Shown here: piece after piece, positions 53,352-63,244 of the stretch
Layout of the letters: each line of letters begins with the position of its first letter
Position numbering within the stretch: the stretch's first letter is position 1
DNA from: Bdellovibrionota bacterium
GTDB lineage: Bacteria; Bdellovibrionota_C; UBA2361; JAAYZI01
Length of the DNA stretch: 64,000 nt
Assembly: GCA_050950765.1 (NCBI GenBank)
Contig: JBMNIF010000003.1
Coordinates: 288,001 to 352,000, forward strand
Direction of reading: 5' to 3'
Position numbers and translations under genes: made by a program
The notes under the pieces: model-generated
Database searches by the model: none
What the model was told of the DNA's origin: nothing
What the model saw: only the letters and a program-made list of their open reading frames with translations

Positions 53352-53797
53352 TTAAAAGTTACCAATTGATTAGTTGTGCTTCTTATAACTATATGAAATT
53401 ACTATATGAAATTATTAGCAAATAATATTTTAGCGGGATGCTAATTTTATGGGTAGCACCACTCCAAAGAGGGAAATTCACTTTCTTGATACCTCGAATG
53501 TTATGGTGTCCTGCCTCTGATAAAAATGGACTTTTGTTATGTCACAATAGAGCGATCGCCCTGATCTGATTCAAGCTCTCCCCAGAAAACAATCCTCTTC
53601 CCAAAAACAATCCTTTTTATGTTTTTGCCACCCTTCAACTTCAGAAACATTCGGAGTGCTCTCTTATTTTGCGTTGAGACTAAAATCCAATAATGCATAA
53701 CTCTCCTCTCTTTTTAAAAAATCCATATCTCAAACCTCAAAAACAAGCAGCAAAAAAGACGGATTGCAAAATCGATTAAATCTGAGAATATTGCCCT

Positions 53798-54628
53798 ATG
53801 AAAGGAGAGATAAATTGGTATTATTTACTTAATGGAAAGTCGATTGGTCCCTTCTCTAAGAAGCAGTTACTAGCGATGGCTTCCTCAGGAACTATCCAGA
53901 AGAACACACTCGTTTGGTGTTCTGACGATACTCAAGGGTGTGCCCCGTTAGAACAAGCCTTCGCATTTAAAAAAGAATCACCATCAGCGCCTTTAAATAC
54001 ACCCTCAAGCACCCCCTTAAATGACACCCCTACGGAAGAAGTGCTAACTCAAACTACGGAAGAGTTTAAGGAGCAAAAGATACCTTTTTTCTACCATTCA
54101 TTACGACGCTACTTTGCCAGATGCTTGGATTACACTATTTGTGAATACCTAATAAAAATAATATTCTTTGCATTAAATCCGATTGCTGCAAAGGAATTTT
54201 TTACTTACATTGAGAAATCAGAACTCTCATTTGTAGTCTTATTTTTTATTTATGCTATAACCTTATTTCTCAACGCAGCCTTGATCGGTTATACAGGAAC
54301 AACCATTGGTAAGTGGCTTTTTGGGATAAGAGTTGTAGATTCAACGGGCTCTCCTATCAGTTACAAACGTGCCCTTCATCGAGAATTTTTAGTCTGGCTA
54401 AGAGGAGTTGGGCTTGGCATCTTCCCGATAATTTTTGGCACCTTATTGTACCAATCTCATCAATTTGAAAAGAATAACAGCACATCTTGGGATCGAGATC
54501 TAAAGCTATCAGTAGTTTACCGAAAGCCAGATTTTCGCCAATTTTTTCTTGGACTTATTGCATACGACATAATAAGTATTTTATTAACACGACTTCATAA
54601 AGCATTACTTGACGTTGTTGATATGTAG
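53798..54628 (+). CDS. GYF_2 (DUF4339) + RDD family membrane protein
   Basis: WYY..NG..IGPFS..TLVW; RRYFARCLD, TIGKWLFGIRVV. Confidence 0.85.
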   Translation: MKGEINWYYLLNGKSIGPFSKKQLLAMASSGTIQKNTLVWCSDDTQGCAPLEQAFAFKKESPSAPLNTPSSTPLNDTPTEEVLTQTTEEFKEQKIPFFYHSLRRYFARCLDYTICEYLIKIIFFALNPIAAKEFFTYIEKSELSFVVLFFIYAITLFLNAALIGYTGTTIGKWLFGIRVVDSTGSPISYKRALHREFLVWLRGVGLGIFPIIFGTLLYQSHQFEKNNSTSWDRDLKLSVVYRKPDFRQFFLGLIAYDIISILLTRLHKALLDVVDM

Positions 54629-54834
54629 ATGTTGGCACATAAATTATAATAACTAGAAAACCACAAGGCTCTTTTACCACTACACAAACAAATTAAAACC
54701 TTAATTGAAGAAAACAAGCTGAATAAGAAAGAAGCTTCACTGACTTCTAAGCCTAAACACTTTTTAAAAGTTCCTAGCTGAAGGGCGGCACCAGAAATCT
54801 CACGTGAGAGCTTTCATAATATCTTTATAAAATA

Positions 54835-55566
54835 TCACTCATGAAAATACGCCCAATCACCAATCAGTTCATACGATCCACAGAATTTAGAGTCTTGCTC
54901 CATAATACGACCAGCGACCTCACAATAATTCTGTTTTGGAAGGTAATAAAACTCATCGAACATAAATACCCCACTAACCGATAGCTTCCAACGATTCCCT
55001 TTCCAATAAGGAGATTGACTTAAAACTTCATATTTATACTCGTTATAAGCGGCCAATCCTGGAGTTGGAAGTGTTGCAAAGTATTTAGGCACAAGCGCTT
55101 CTAAATTAGGGGGTGGTGCATCGTTTTCAACTTCAAAAGTCTTGATAGCGTGTATAAGGTCTTTACTTTTTAGAGCAAGACGTTCTAAACCTGCAAATTG
55201 CAATTTAATTGCAAAGGAAGATCCGTGTATTAACACCAGACCTATTATTGCCGCACTAAACATCTTTACAACTCGATCTCCCCTGTTAGGACCTGTTAGA
55301 AACTTAATAAAATTGAGCAGTATAGATATAAGTATAAAACAGATCAAACCTCCCATTACTGCACTAGAAGCAAAGTGTACTGTTCCACTTAACGTTGCTT
55401 TAAGCGGTGACCAAGGTAATACTGCCACCGCATTTACGATAATAAAAATAACTGTAACAACCAAAGCAAAGAAAAATAATCCAAAAAACTTTATTAGAAA
55501 CTTTATTAGAGATCTGCGATCTAATGACCTACCACTTAAAAGTTTTGATATTATCGATAAATTCAT
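54835..55566 (-). CDS. array paralog A: 3-TM protein with GspG/pseudopilin-like C-terminal domain
   Basis: AIKTFEVENDAPPPNLEALVPKYFATLP; NYC..CG..IGDW. Confidence 0.7.
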   Translation of the reverse strand: MNLSIISKLLSGRSLDRRSLIKFLIKFFGLFFFALVVTVIFIIVNAVAVLPWSPLKATLSGTVHFASSAVMGGLICFILISILLNFIKFLTGPNRGDRVVKMFSAAIIGLVLIHGSSFAIKLQFAGLERLALKSKDLIHAIKTFEVENDAPPPNLEALVPKYFATLPTPGLAAYNEYKYEVLSQSPYWKGNRWKLSVSGVFMFDEFYYLPKQNYCEVAGRIMEQDSKFCGSYELIGDWAYFHE

Positions 55567-55568
55567 AG

Positions 55569-55814
55569 CTAACCCTTCGCACCATCTTTTTGGCTAAACT
55601 TCTCTGCAATCCACATCTTCACCAACGACTGCCTAGCAGCTCCAAAACGTCGAGCTTCCTTGTCTAAACTTGCAATTACCCAAACAGGAAAGTCAATATT
55701 GACCCTCTTAAGTTCAGTGTTAACTCGTCGAGCTTTTGATTTATCAAGGTATTGAGTAACATCATCACCACGCTTAAAAGTAGCATCAAAATCTTTGGCT
55801 TTAATTTTCTCCAT
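55569..55814 (-). CDS. CopG/BrnA-like antitoxin with no toxin in view
   Basis: KAKDFD..F..GDDV..YLD.SKARR..KRVNIDFP.W....LDKEARR.G..RQSLVKMWIAE. Confidence 0.8.
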   Translation of the reverse strand: MEKIKAKDFDATFKRGDDVTQYLDKSKARRVNTELKRVNIDFPVWVIASLDKEARRFGAARQSLVKMWIAEKFSQKDGAKG

Positions 55815-55903
55815 ATAGTTCTACACTATTATACACATTCACCTTTTAACGAAATTAACATTTACATATCTCTTAGCGATATTCTAGAAATTTTTTCAAG
55901 AGA

Positions 55904-56693
55904 TCAATCACGAAAATACACCCAATCACCAATCATTTGATACGATCCGCAGGATTTTGGGTTTTGATCCATAGTAGATCTTTTAGTTCGACAATAGTTC
56001 TGGTTTGGGATGTAAAAAAACTCATCCAACAGAAATACCCCTTCAACTGATAGCTTCCAATAACTCCCATTCGTAGCAGAATTGAAAACATTATAGTCGT
56101 ACTCACGATACCTTGCCAACCTTGGAGTTGGAAGTGTTGCAAAGTATTTAGGCACAAGCGCTTCTAAATTAGGGGGTGGTGCATCGTTTTCAGCTTCAAA
56201 AGTCTTGATGGCGTGTATAAGGTCTTTACTTTCTAAAGCAAGACGTTCTAAACCTGCAAATTGCAAATTGACCGCAAAGAAACCTCCAAATATTAATATT
56301 ACAACCATCATTGCTGCGCCAAACATTGTGGCAACCCCATGCCACCTATCTGGGCCTACCAAAATCATAATTAAACTAATCGGTATAGATAAAATCGCGT
56401 AAAACACCAAAACTAGCAAACCTACCCCCCATAAAAGAGAAAGCAAGAACCACTCCTTCACTAATTAACGGTGCTTTTAGGAATGACCAAGATGATACTG
56501 CCAACGCATTTACAATAATAAAAATAACTACAACAAATAAGGCAATTAGAGATAGTATAGAAAAGCACTTTAAAGGAGAAAGGTCGTCTTTCTCCTTTTT
56601 TAGCCACCATTCATTTTCATCTGACTTATCAAGACACGGAGTGGCACCGTCATCATGCTTAAAAGTGTTATCAGAATCTATGTCTTTTTCCAT
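55904..56693 (-). pseudogene. array paralog B, frameshifted at a G6 tract (56425-56430)
   Basis: ORFs 56376-56693 and 55904-56461 join if one G is removed. Confidence 0.75.
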
Positions 56694-56781
56694 ATAATTC
56701 TACGTTATTATACACATTCACTTTTAAACAAAATCACCTCTATATATCTCTTAGCGATATCCTAAGGAGCATTCCAAAGAA

Positions 56782-57576
56782 TCAATCAACACTATAAAAC
56801 GCCCAATCACCAATTAAGAGATATGATCCGCAGGATTTAACGTTTTGCCTCATGGGAGAATCCGCGATCTCGCAATAGTTCTGTTCCGGAAAGTAAAGAA
56901 ACTCACTGGACAAAAGTGGTAATTTGACTGATAGCTTCCAACGATTCCCCTTCCAATAAGGAGATTGATCTAAAACTTCATATTCATACTTGTTATAAGC
57001 AGCCAATCCTGGAGTTGGAAGTGTTGCAAAGTACTTAGGCACAAGCACTTCTAAATTAGGGGGTGGTGCATTGTTTTCAACTTCAAAAGTCTTGATAGCG
57101 TGTATAAGGTCTTTACTTTTTGGAGCGATACGTTCGCAAGCTACGTATGGTGATTCAAGTACAAATCCCATTGCATACATTGGCAACATAAACGTCATTG
57201 CTGCGCTCAACATTATGGCAACTCCATGCCACCTATCGGGACCTATTAAGATCATAATTAAACCTATCGGTATAGCTAGCATCGCCAAAAACAGCAAAGC
57301 CACCAGCAGCATGATTAAAGGATACATTAAGTATTGGTTGCTCAGCACTCCTTTGATTGGTGACCAAGGTGATACTGCCATATCAGCCACGATAATGTTT
57401 ATAGCTGCAATAAATAGAAAGGTGAGACATATTATAAAAAACAACTTTAAAGGAGAAAGATGATTTTCCTCAGCCTCCTTTTTTAGCCACCATTCATTTT
57501 CATTTGACTTATCAAGACACGGAGTGGCACCATCACCATCCTTAAAAGTGTTATCGGAGCCTATATCTTTTTCCAT
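56782..57576 (-). CDS. array paralog C
   Basis: same core as A, B and D. Confidence 0.75.
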   Translation of the reverse strand: MEKDIGSDNTFKDGDGATPCLDKSNENEWWLKKEAEENHLSPLKLFFIICLTFLFIAAINIIVADMAVSPWSPIKGVLSNQYLMYPLIMLLVALLFLAMLAIPIGLIMILIGPDRWHGVAIMLSAAMTFMLPMYAMGFVLESPYVACERIAPKSKDLIHAIKTFEVENNAPPPNLEVLVPKYFATLPTPGLAAYNKYEYEVLDQSPYWKGNRWKLSVKLPLLSSEFLYFPEQNYCEIADSPMRQNVKSCGSYLLIGDWAFYSVD

Positions 57577-57622
57577 ATAATTCTACGTTATTATACACAT
57601 TCACTTTTTAACAAAATCACCT

Positions 57623-58444
57623 CTACATATCTCCTAGCGACATCCCAGAAGCTTTCCTAAGAGATCTCTCATAAGAATGCACCCAATCACCAATCAATAT
57701 ACGTGGTCCACAGAATCTAGAGTCTTGATCCAAAGTATAAATAGTGTCATCACAATAGTTCTGTTCTGGAAGGTAATAAAACTCATTAAACAACATCTCT
57801 ACTTCGATTGATAACTTCCAACGATTTCCTTTCCAAGCAGGATCTAAAACTTCATATTTGTACTCGTTATGGGCAGCCAAGTTAGGTCTCGGAACTGTTG
57901 CAAAGTATTTAGGCACAAGCGCTTCTAAGTTAGGGGGTGGTGCATCGTTTTCAGCTTCAAAAGTCTTGATAGCGTTTATAAGGTCTTTACTTTCTAGAGC
58001 AAGGCGTTTTAAACCTGCAATTTTCAATTCAGTTGCAAAGAAACCTCCAAACGTTAATATTACAAACACTATTGCTGCGCCAAACATTGTTGCAACCCCA
58101 TGCCACCTATTGGAACTTATCAGAATCATAATTAGACTAAGAGGTATAGCTAGCATCGCAGAAACCGGTAAAGCTCTCTGCAGCAGGATTAAAAGAAACA
58201 CCACATAACGGCTACTCAGCGCTCCTTTAATTGGTGTCCAAGATGATACTGCTATATCAGTCAAGATAATGTTTATAGCTGCAAAAAATAGACCAGCTAG
58301 ACATATTATAAAAAACCACTTTAAGGGAGAAAGATCGCCTTCCTCATTTTTTAGCCACCACTTATTTTTATTTGACTTATCAAGACACGGAGTGGCACCG
58401 TCACCATCCTTAAAAGTGTTATCGGAGCCTATATCTTTTTCCAT
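57623..58444 (-). CDS. array paralog D, C-terminus reading through into the spacer
   Basis: same core; extra tail RSLRKASGMSLGDM comes from the conserved spacer. Confidence 0.75.
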   Translation of the reverse strand: MEKDIGSDNTFKDGDGATPCLDKSNKNKWWLKNEEGDLSPLKWFFIICLAGLFFAAINIILTDIAVSSWTPIKGALSSRYVVFLLILLQRALPVSAMLAIPLSLIMILISSNRWHGVATMFGAAIVFVILTFGGFFATELKIAGLKRLALESKDLINAIKTFEAENDAPPPNLEALVPKYFATVPRPNLAAHNEYKYEVLDPAWKGNRWKLSIEVEMLFNEFYYLPEQNYCDDTIYTLDQDSRFCGPRILIGDWVHSYERSLRKASGMSLGDM

Positions 58445-58800
58445 ATAGCTTCACCCTTCATCTTTTTAAAAGCATTGTACAGAGATTAACCTGTCTCTAT
58501 CTTCACAACAAGTAGTAACCTACCCCCCTGCTACTATCCTTTACCTTTTTCAAGCAGCAAAAAGCACGAACCCACACCCTCGCTATGGCTTTAATTTTGT
58601 TTTTCAGTGGATATCAAGATCTCTAACTCATACACCTAAGCGCCTCTACATACTTTTCAAGCACCATTTTCAGTTTAAGGGAATATTTTCTAAGTTTGAC
58701 AGGAATAACCTTAAGACGCTTCCCAGATAGACAAATCTTCAGAGCATTGAGCGCCATTTCTAAAGTAAGAAAACGAAAAGGATCGACACTCCCTCTCTCG

Positions 58801-59280
58801 TTATCTGTCAGCCTTGTTTATAACACACTCTCCGTTAAAAACGGCTCCCTCATGTACTTCAAAACTAGGAGAGATAACTTTTGCCGCAATCTGTGCCCCC
58901 CGATATGCAACAAGCTTTTTTCTAGCAAACACCTCACCTTTTAACTCCCCATACACTTCAAAAACATCAGCTTCCAAAACCCCCGCCAAGACACCTTGCT
59001 TCTCCACCACCACTTGAGATGCAGAAAAGAGCTCCCCCTCTAAATTACCCTCAATCCGAACAGGCTTATCAAAATTAACCTTTCCGACAACGGTAGTACC
59101 CGCCGGAAACGGAGTCTCAAGAACGGCGTTTTCTAGATTTTTTAGAGACTCTTCCTCAAACGACGAAATCGTTCTCTTTTCTTCCGTAGTAGCAACATCT
59201 GCCACAGGCTCCGTTTCTTGCCCCCGTTCTTTTGCCTTTCCAAACCAAAAAGCCACATCGCCTCCACAACACTGACTCAA
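58801..59280 (-). CDS. bactofilin (polymer-forming cytoskeletal protein)
   Basis: G.V.F...VRIEG.LEG...V.G.LKG.V...GAVFNGEC beta-helix pattern; start uncertain. Confidence 0.85.
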   Translation of the reverse strand: MSQCCGGDVAFWFGKAKERGQETEPVADVATTEEKRTISSFEEESLKNLENAVLETPFPAGTTVVGKVNFDKPVRIEGNLEGELFSASQVVVEKQGVLAGVLEADVFEVYGELKGEVFARKKLVAYRGAQIAAKVISPSFEVHEGAVFNGECVINKADR

Positions 59281-59420
59281 CGCCCCTCATGATACTCCAA
59301 AATTCAAGCGCGACCAACCCCCTTGTAAAACAATATTTTCAATCTTAAAAAGGTAGAACTATTTTATAACATTAACACTTCATCTGTTGGCATATTTCGT
59401 TGTCATTGCTAACATAGAGA

Positions 59421-60752
59421 GTGTTTTTTCGTACACTATCTTTATTGCAGGAGGTCATAGTGGTTCGACGTTTTTTATCAAGGATTTTATTACTCTGGCT
59501 TAGTCTATCTTTTCCATTAACAGATCTCTACGCACAAGCATCAAACAGCCATAAACCTTTGACCGCTCCCCGTTATTCACTAAACCCCTCAAAAGTTCAG
59601 CTAAGCGTTATTAAAGAGACTTTCGGACCACCACTCCCCCTTCCCGCCTCCATAGCGGCACTTACACCATCTTTTCTAACCGTCAATTCACGTGGCGAAG
59701 TGTACATGAGAACTATCCCTCTCTTAAAAGACCATCGTGGATCAGTTATCGGGAGAAATCAGAGGGGCGATCTTATTATTTACTCTGTCGATCCCGCCCT
59801 ACACGCTTTAAGTAAAAAATTAGTACAACAAGCGAATGCTCCGCATGTAGCGGTTGTAGCAATGGATCCAAAAACAGGGCGCATCCTCGCCATGGCAGAA
59901 AAATCTGCTTCACTTTCGCACCCACTCTTGCACAGCGAATTTCCTGCAGCTTCTCTTTTTAAAGTAGTGACAGCCGCTGCGGCACTAGAAACGGGGTTGG
60001 TAGCTCCAACTTCCAAGATCTATTATCGCGGTGGCATATATCAGTTAAATCAGAACAACTACACCGTGAGTCCACGTTATGACAAAAACTTCATGCAGCT
60101 AGATCTCGCCTTAGGCAAATCATGCAACCCCGTTTTCGGTAGAGTTGCTCTTAAATATCTCAAACCGGCACGTCTACGCAGCTACGCTCGACAGTTCGGT
60201 TTTGATACCGATTTAGCTTTTGATATTCCGTTGTCTGATAGCCATGCCGTAATTCCAAACGACAACTACGGACTTAGTAGAACGGCTGCCGGATTTGGCG
60301 ATGTCACGATTAGCCCTATCCATGCAGCGACACTGATGTCAGCCGTAGCGAATAACGGTCAGATGACGCGCCCTTACGTTGTGGAAAAGGTAATTAGTAA
60401 AGATTCGGTTTTACGTTATGCTGCCAAGCCGAAACAACTTGGACAAGTAGCAAGACCTGAAACAGCTAGAAAGTTAATGCAGATGATGGAAACAACAACG
60501 CTACAGGGAACAGCACGTAACGATTTTACTTATAAAGGGAGGCGCCTTCTCCCTAATATTCGCGTTGCTGCAAAAACCGGTACATTACGCGGAAAAAATC
60601 CGATCGGTTTAAACAGATGGTTTATTGCTGCAGCTCCTATTGAAAATCCAAAGATCGCAGTGGCAGTGCTAGCCATAAATCCAGTCAATACAGCAGCACG
60701 TCCAGCTCAGATTGGAAAAAAATTAATTGAACAATATTTAAATAAAAAATAG
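59421..60752 (+). CDS. penicillin-binding protein, transpeptidase domain
   Basis: SxxK (ASLFK), SCN, KTGT. Confidence 0.9.
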   Translation: MFFRTLSLLQEVIVVRRFLSRILLLWLSLSFPLTDLYAQASNSHKPLTAPRYSLNPSKVQLSVIKETFGPPLPLPASIAALTPSFLTVNSRGEVYMRTIPLLKDHRGSVIGRNQRGDLIIYSVDPALHALSKKLVQQANAPHVAVVAMDPKTGRILAMAEKSASLSHPLLHSEFPAASLFKVVTAAAALETGLVAPTSKIYYRGGIYQLNQNNYTVSPRYDKNFMQLDLALGKSCNPVFGRVALKYLKPARLRSYARQFGFDTDLAFDIPLSDSHAVIPNDNYGLSRTAAGFGDVTISPIHAATLMSAVANNGQMTRPYVVEKVISKDSVLRYAAKPKQLGQVARPETARKLMQMMETTTLQGTARNDFTYKGRRLLPNIRVAAKTGTLRGKNPIGLNRWFIAAAPIENPKIAVAVLAINPVNTAARPAQIGKKLIEQYLNKK

Positions 60753-60754
60753 TT

Positions 60755-62167
60755 ATGGAACGCATTTATTTATTTAATACCTTAACACGTGAGGTTGAAG
60801 AGCTTAAACCAATTTCACCTGGTAAAGTCGGTTTATATTGTTGCGGTCCTACCGTTTATAATTTCCAACATATCGGCAACTTCAAAACATTCCTTTTTGA
60901 AGATATCCTCACGCGCACCCTTCGCTACGCTGGTTATGATGTAACGCACGTTATGAACATCACAGATGTTGGACATCTGACAGGAGATAACGATGAGGGC
61001 GAAGACAAAATGGCGCTCGCTATGCGTCGCGAAAAAAAGAAGTCTGAAGAGATCGCAGATTTTTACACCACGAAGTTTTTTGAAGATTGGGATAAATTAA
61101 ATTTAAAACGTCCTGATATCGTCTGCAAAGCAACTCAACACATCGCAGAGATGATTGAGTTAATCAAAAAGATTGAAGCTGCTGGTTGTGCTTATCAAGC
61201 AGGCGGAAACGTTTATTTTGATGTTTCAAAGTTTGAACAGTACGGCAAATTGGCAAAGCTAGATCTTGAAAAGCTGCGTGCTGGTGCGCGTGTTGATTTA
61301 GACCAACACAAACGAAATGCTTTTGATTTTGCCCTTTGGTTTACAAAATCAAAGTTTGAGAATCAGGAGATGACGTGGGACTCTCCTTGGGGCAGAGGCT
61401 ATCCTGGTTGGCATATTGAGTGCAGCGCCATGTCCATGAAGTATCTTGGTGAAGAGTTTGATATTCATTGTGGCGGAATTGATCACATCCCCGTCCATCA
61501 TACCAATGAAATTGCACAATCAGAAGCTGCCGTAGGGCATCAATGCGTTAGGATCTGGATGCACAGTGAATTCCTATTACTCGACAAACAGAAGATGTCG
61601 AAATCCACAGGTGGGTTCTTAGTCTTAAATGATATCATTGAAAGGGGTTTCGATCCTCTAGTCTATCGCATGCTTGTACTGGGCGCACATTACAGAACTC
61701 AACTTAATTTCAGTTGGGAGATTATGGAAAACACCAAACAGACTCTCGATAAATTGCGCAATAACGTTATAACGTTACGCGCCGCTGCTAAGTCAGATCA
61801 TTCTGAAAAAAGCGACCCCGCCCTTATGGCACAATACGAGTCTACTTATAAAGAGGCACTTTTTAACGACCTTAATACTCCGCAAGCCCTCGCCGTAGTT
61901 TGGAAGATGTTATCAGACCAAGCGCTTTCTCCTGCCGATAAATTAACTCTTTTGTATAACTTTGATGCAGTGCTGGGTCTTAACCTAGAAAAATGGGAAG
62001 AAGCTACGGTAGAGATTACACCAGAACTGCAGGCACTACTTGAAGAAAGACAAGCGGCGCGCCTTGCTAAAGATTGGGCTGCTGCAGATGCTGCACGCGA
62101 CAAGATCCTTGCTTTAGGATTTAAAGTAGAGGATAAAGCGGATGGACAAAAGTTACGGAAGGCTTAA
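60755..62167 (+). CDS. cysS: cysteine--tRNA ligase
   Basis: CGPTVY, HIGN, PGWHIECSAMS, KMSKS. Confidence 0.97.
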   Translation: MERIYLFNTLTREVEELKPISPGKVGLYCCGPTVYNFQHIGNFKTFLFEDILTRTLRYAGYDVTHVMNITDVGHLTGDNDEGEDKMALAMRREKKKSEEIADFYTTKFFEDWDKLNLKRPDIVCKATQHIAEMIELIKKIEAAGCAYQAGGNVYFDVSKFEQYGKLAKLDLEKLRAGARVDLDQHKRNAFDFALWFTKSKFENQEMTWDSPWGRGYPGWHIECSAMSMKYLGEEFDIHCGGIDHIPVHHTNEIAQSEAAVGHQCVRIWMHSEFLLLDKQKMSKSTGGFLVLNDIIERGFDPLVYRMLVLGAHYRTQLNFSWEIMENTKQTLDKLRNNVITLRAAAKSDHSEKSDPALMAQYESTYKEALFNDLNTPQALAVVWKMLSDQALSPADKLTLLYNFDAVLGLNLEKWEEATVEITPELQALLEERQAARLAKDWAAADAARDKILALGFKVEDKADGQKLRKA

Positions 62168-62262
62168 AGATACCTTTTCTATTTAAATAAAATAAGGGGG
62201 ATCTTTCGAGCCTCTAATTCCTCAAAACACCATAAGTTAAAAAGGATAAAGATAGATTAAAT

Positions 62263-63072
62263 ATGAAGAACATTACTATCAATCAGAAATACGCTTTCTA
62301 TCAACGTGCTGTACAAGATCCAGAATCAGAGATAGAAACTTTTTCTTGGATATACCACGATATTTTCAAGAAAAAACCCTCCCGTTTACGTGAAGATTTT
62401 TGCGGAACTTTTCTTTTGGCTTGTGAGTGGGTAAAAAGCTCCGTTCGCAATTCTGCACTGGTTTTAGACCTAGATCCAGAGCCGTTACGTTATGGAAAAA
62501 AATACAACCTCTCTCTACTAAATCAAGATCAGCAACGTCGCCTTTCTATTCTGCAACAAGATGTACGTTCAGTAACAACAGACAAGCCTCATATTATTGC
62601 TGCTTCCAACTTCTCTTTTTATATCTTTAAAGAGAGATCACAACTAAAAAATTATTTTGCAGCAGCGCACGCTTCCTTAGATAAAAACGGGATCTTACTA
62701 ATGGATATGGTGGGCGGAAAAGGCTTTACAGAAGCCCCAAGCTCCGAGCAACGTGACTACACCAAAGAGACAAAGCAAGGTAAAGAGGTGGCGTGGTTTA
62801 CATATTTTTGGAGATCTCACAGATTTGATCCAAAGACACGTCAAGGGCTTTGGGGAATAGATTTTCAACTTCCAAATAAAGAGCGTTTCAATGGTGTTTT
62901 TACATACGATTGGCGTGTCTGGTCATTAAGTGAAGTTCGTTCTCTACTGCGCCAAGTAGGCTTTAGTAAAGTTATCGTTTACCAGCAACAAGTTTCATCA
63001 GATCAATATGAGGTTATAACTCGCACACCACGCGACTATTGTTGGATCTGCTTAGTTGCCGCAGTAAAATAA
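62263..63072 (+). CDS. class I SAM-dependent methyltransferase
   Basis: LREDFCGT..LDLD motif; YDWR. Confidence 0.75.
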   Translation: MKNITINQKYAFYQRAVQDPESEIETFSWIYHDIFKKKPSRLREDFCGTFLLACEWVKSSVRNSALVLDLDPEPLRYGKKYNLSLLNQDQQRRLSILQQDVRSVTTDKPHIIAASNFSFYIFKERSQLKNYFAAAHASLDKNGILLMDMVGGKGFTEAPSSEQRDYTKETKQGKEVAWFTYFWRSHRFDPKTRQGLWGIDFQLPNKERFNGVFTYDWRVWSLSEVRSLLRQVGFSKVIVYQQQVSSDQYEVITRTPRDYCWICLVAAVK

Positions 63073-63177
63073 TACTTCTTTAAAAATTTCTCTTTACAGC
63101 GCTCACTAAAGCGATCAAGCTTTAATACCACCAAGCGCAAATTTATAATCGCTTTAATCGAGTCGGGGCACTATACC

Positions 63178-63219
63178 AAAAAGGCGGCTTGCACATCCGT
63201 GCAAACCGCCCTCTCTTTT
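63178..63219. terminator. intrinsic terminator between convergent genes
   Basis: GGCGGCTTGCAC-ATCC-GTGCAAACCGCC with a flanking A-run. Confidence 0.7.
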
Positions 63220-63244
63220 AGTATTTTACTCAGTTAAACAGGTG

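Noticed and set aside
54835..58444. Diversity-generating retroelement or integron cassette array
   Set aside because: No reverse transcriptase or integron integrase in the window; differences include indels and do not look adenine-restricted; no attC-like ends seen
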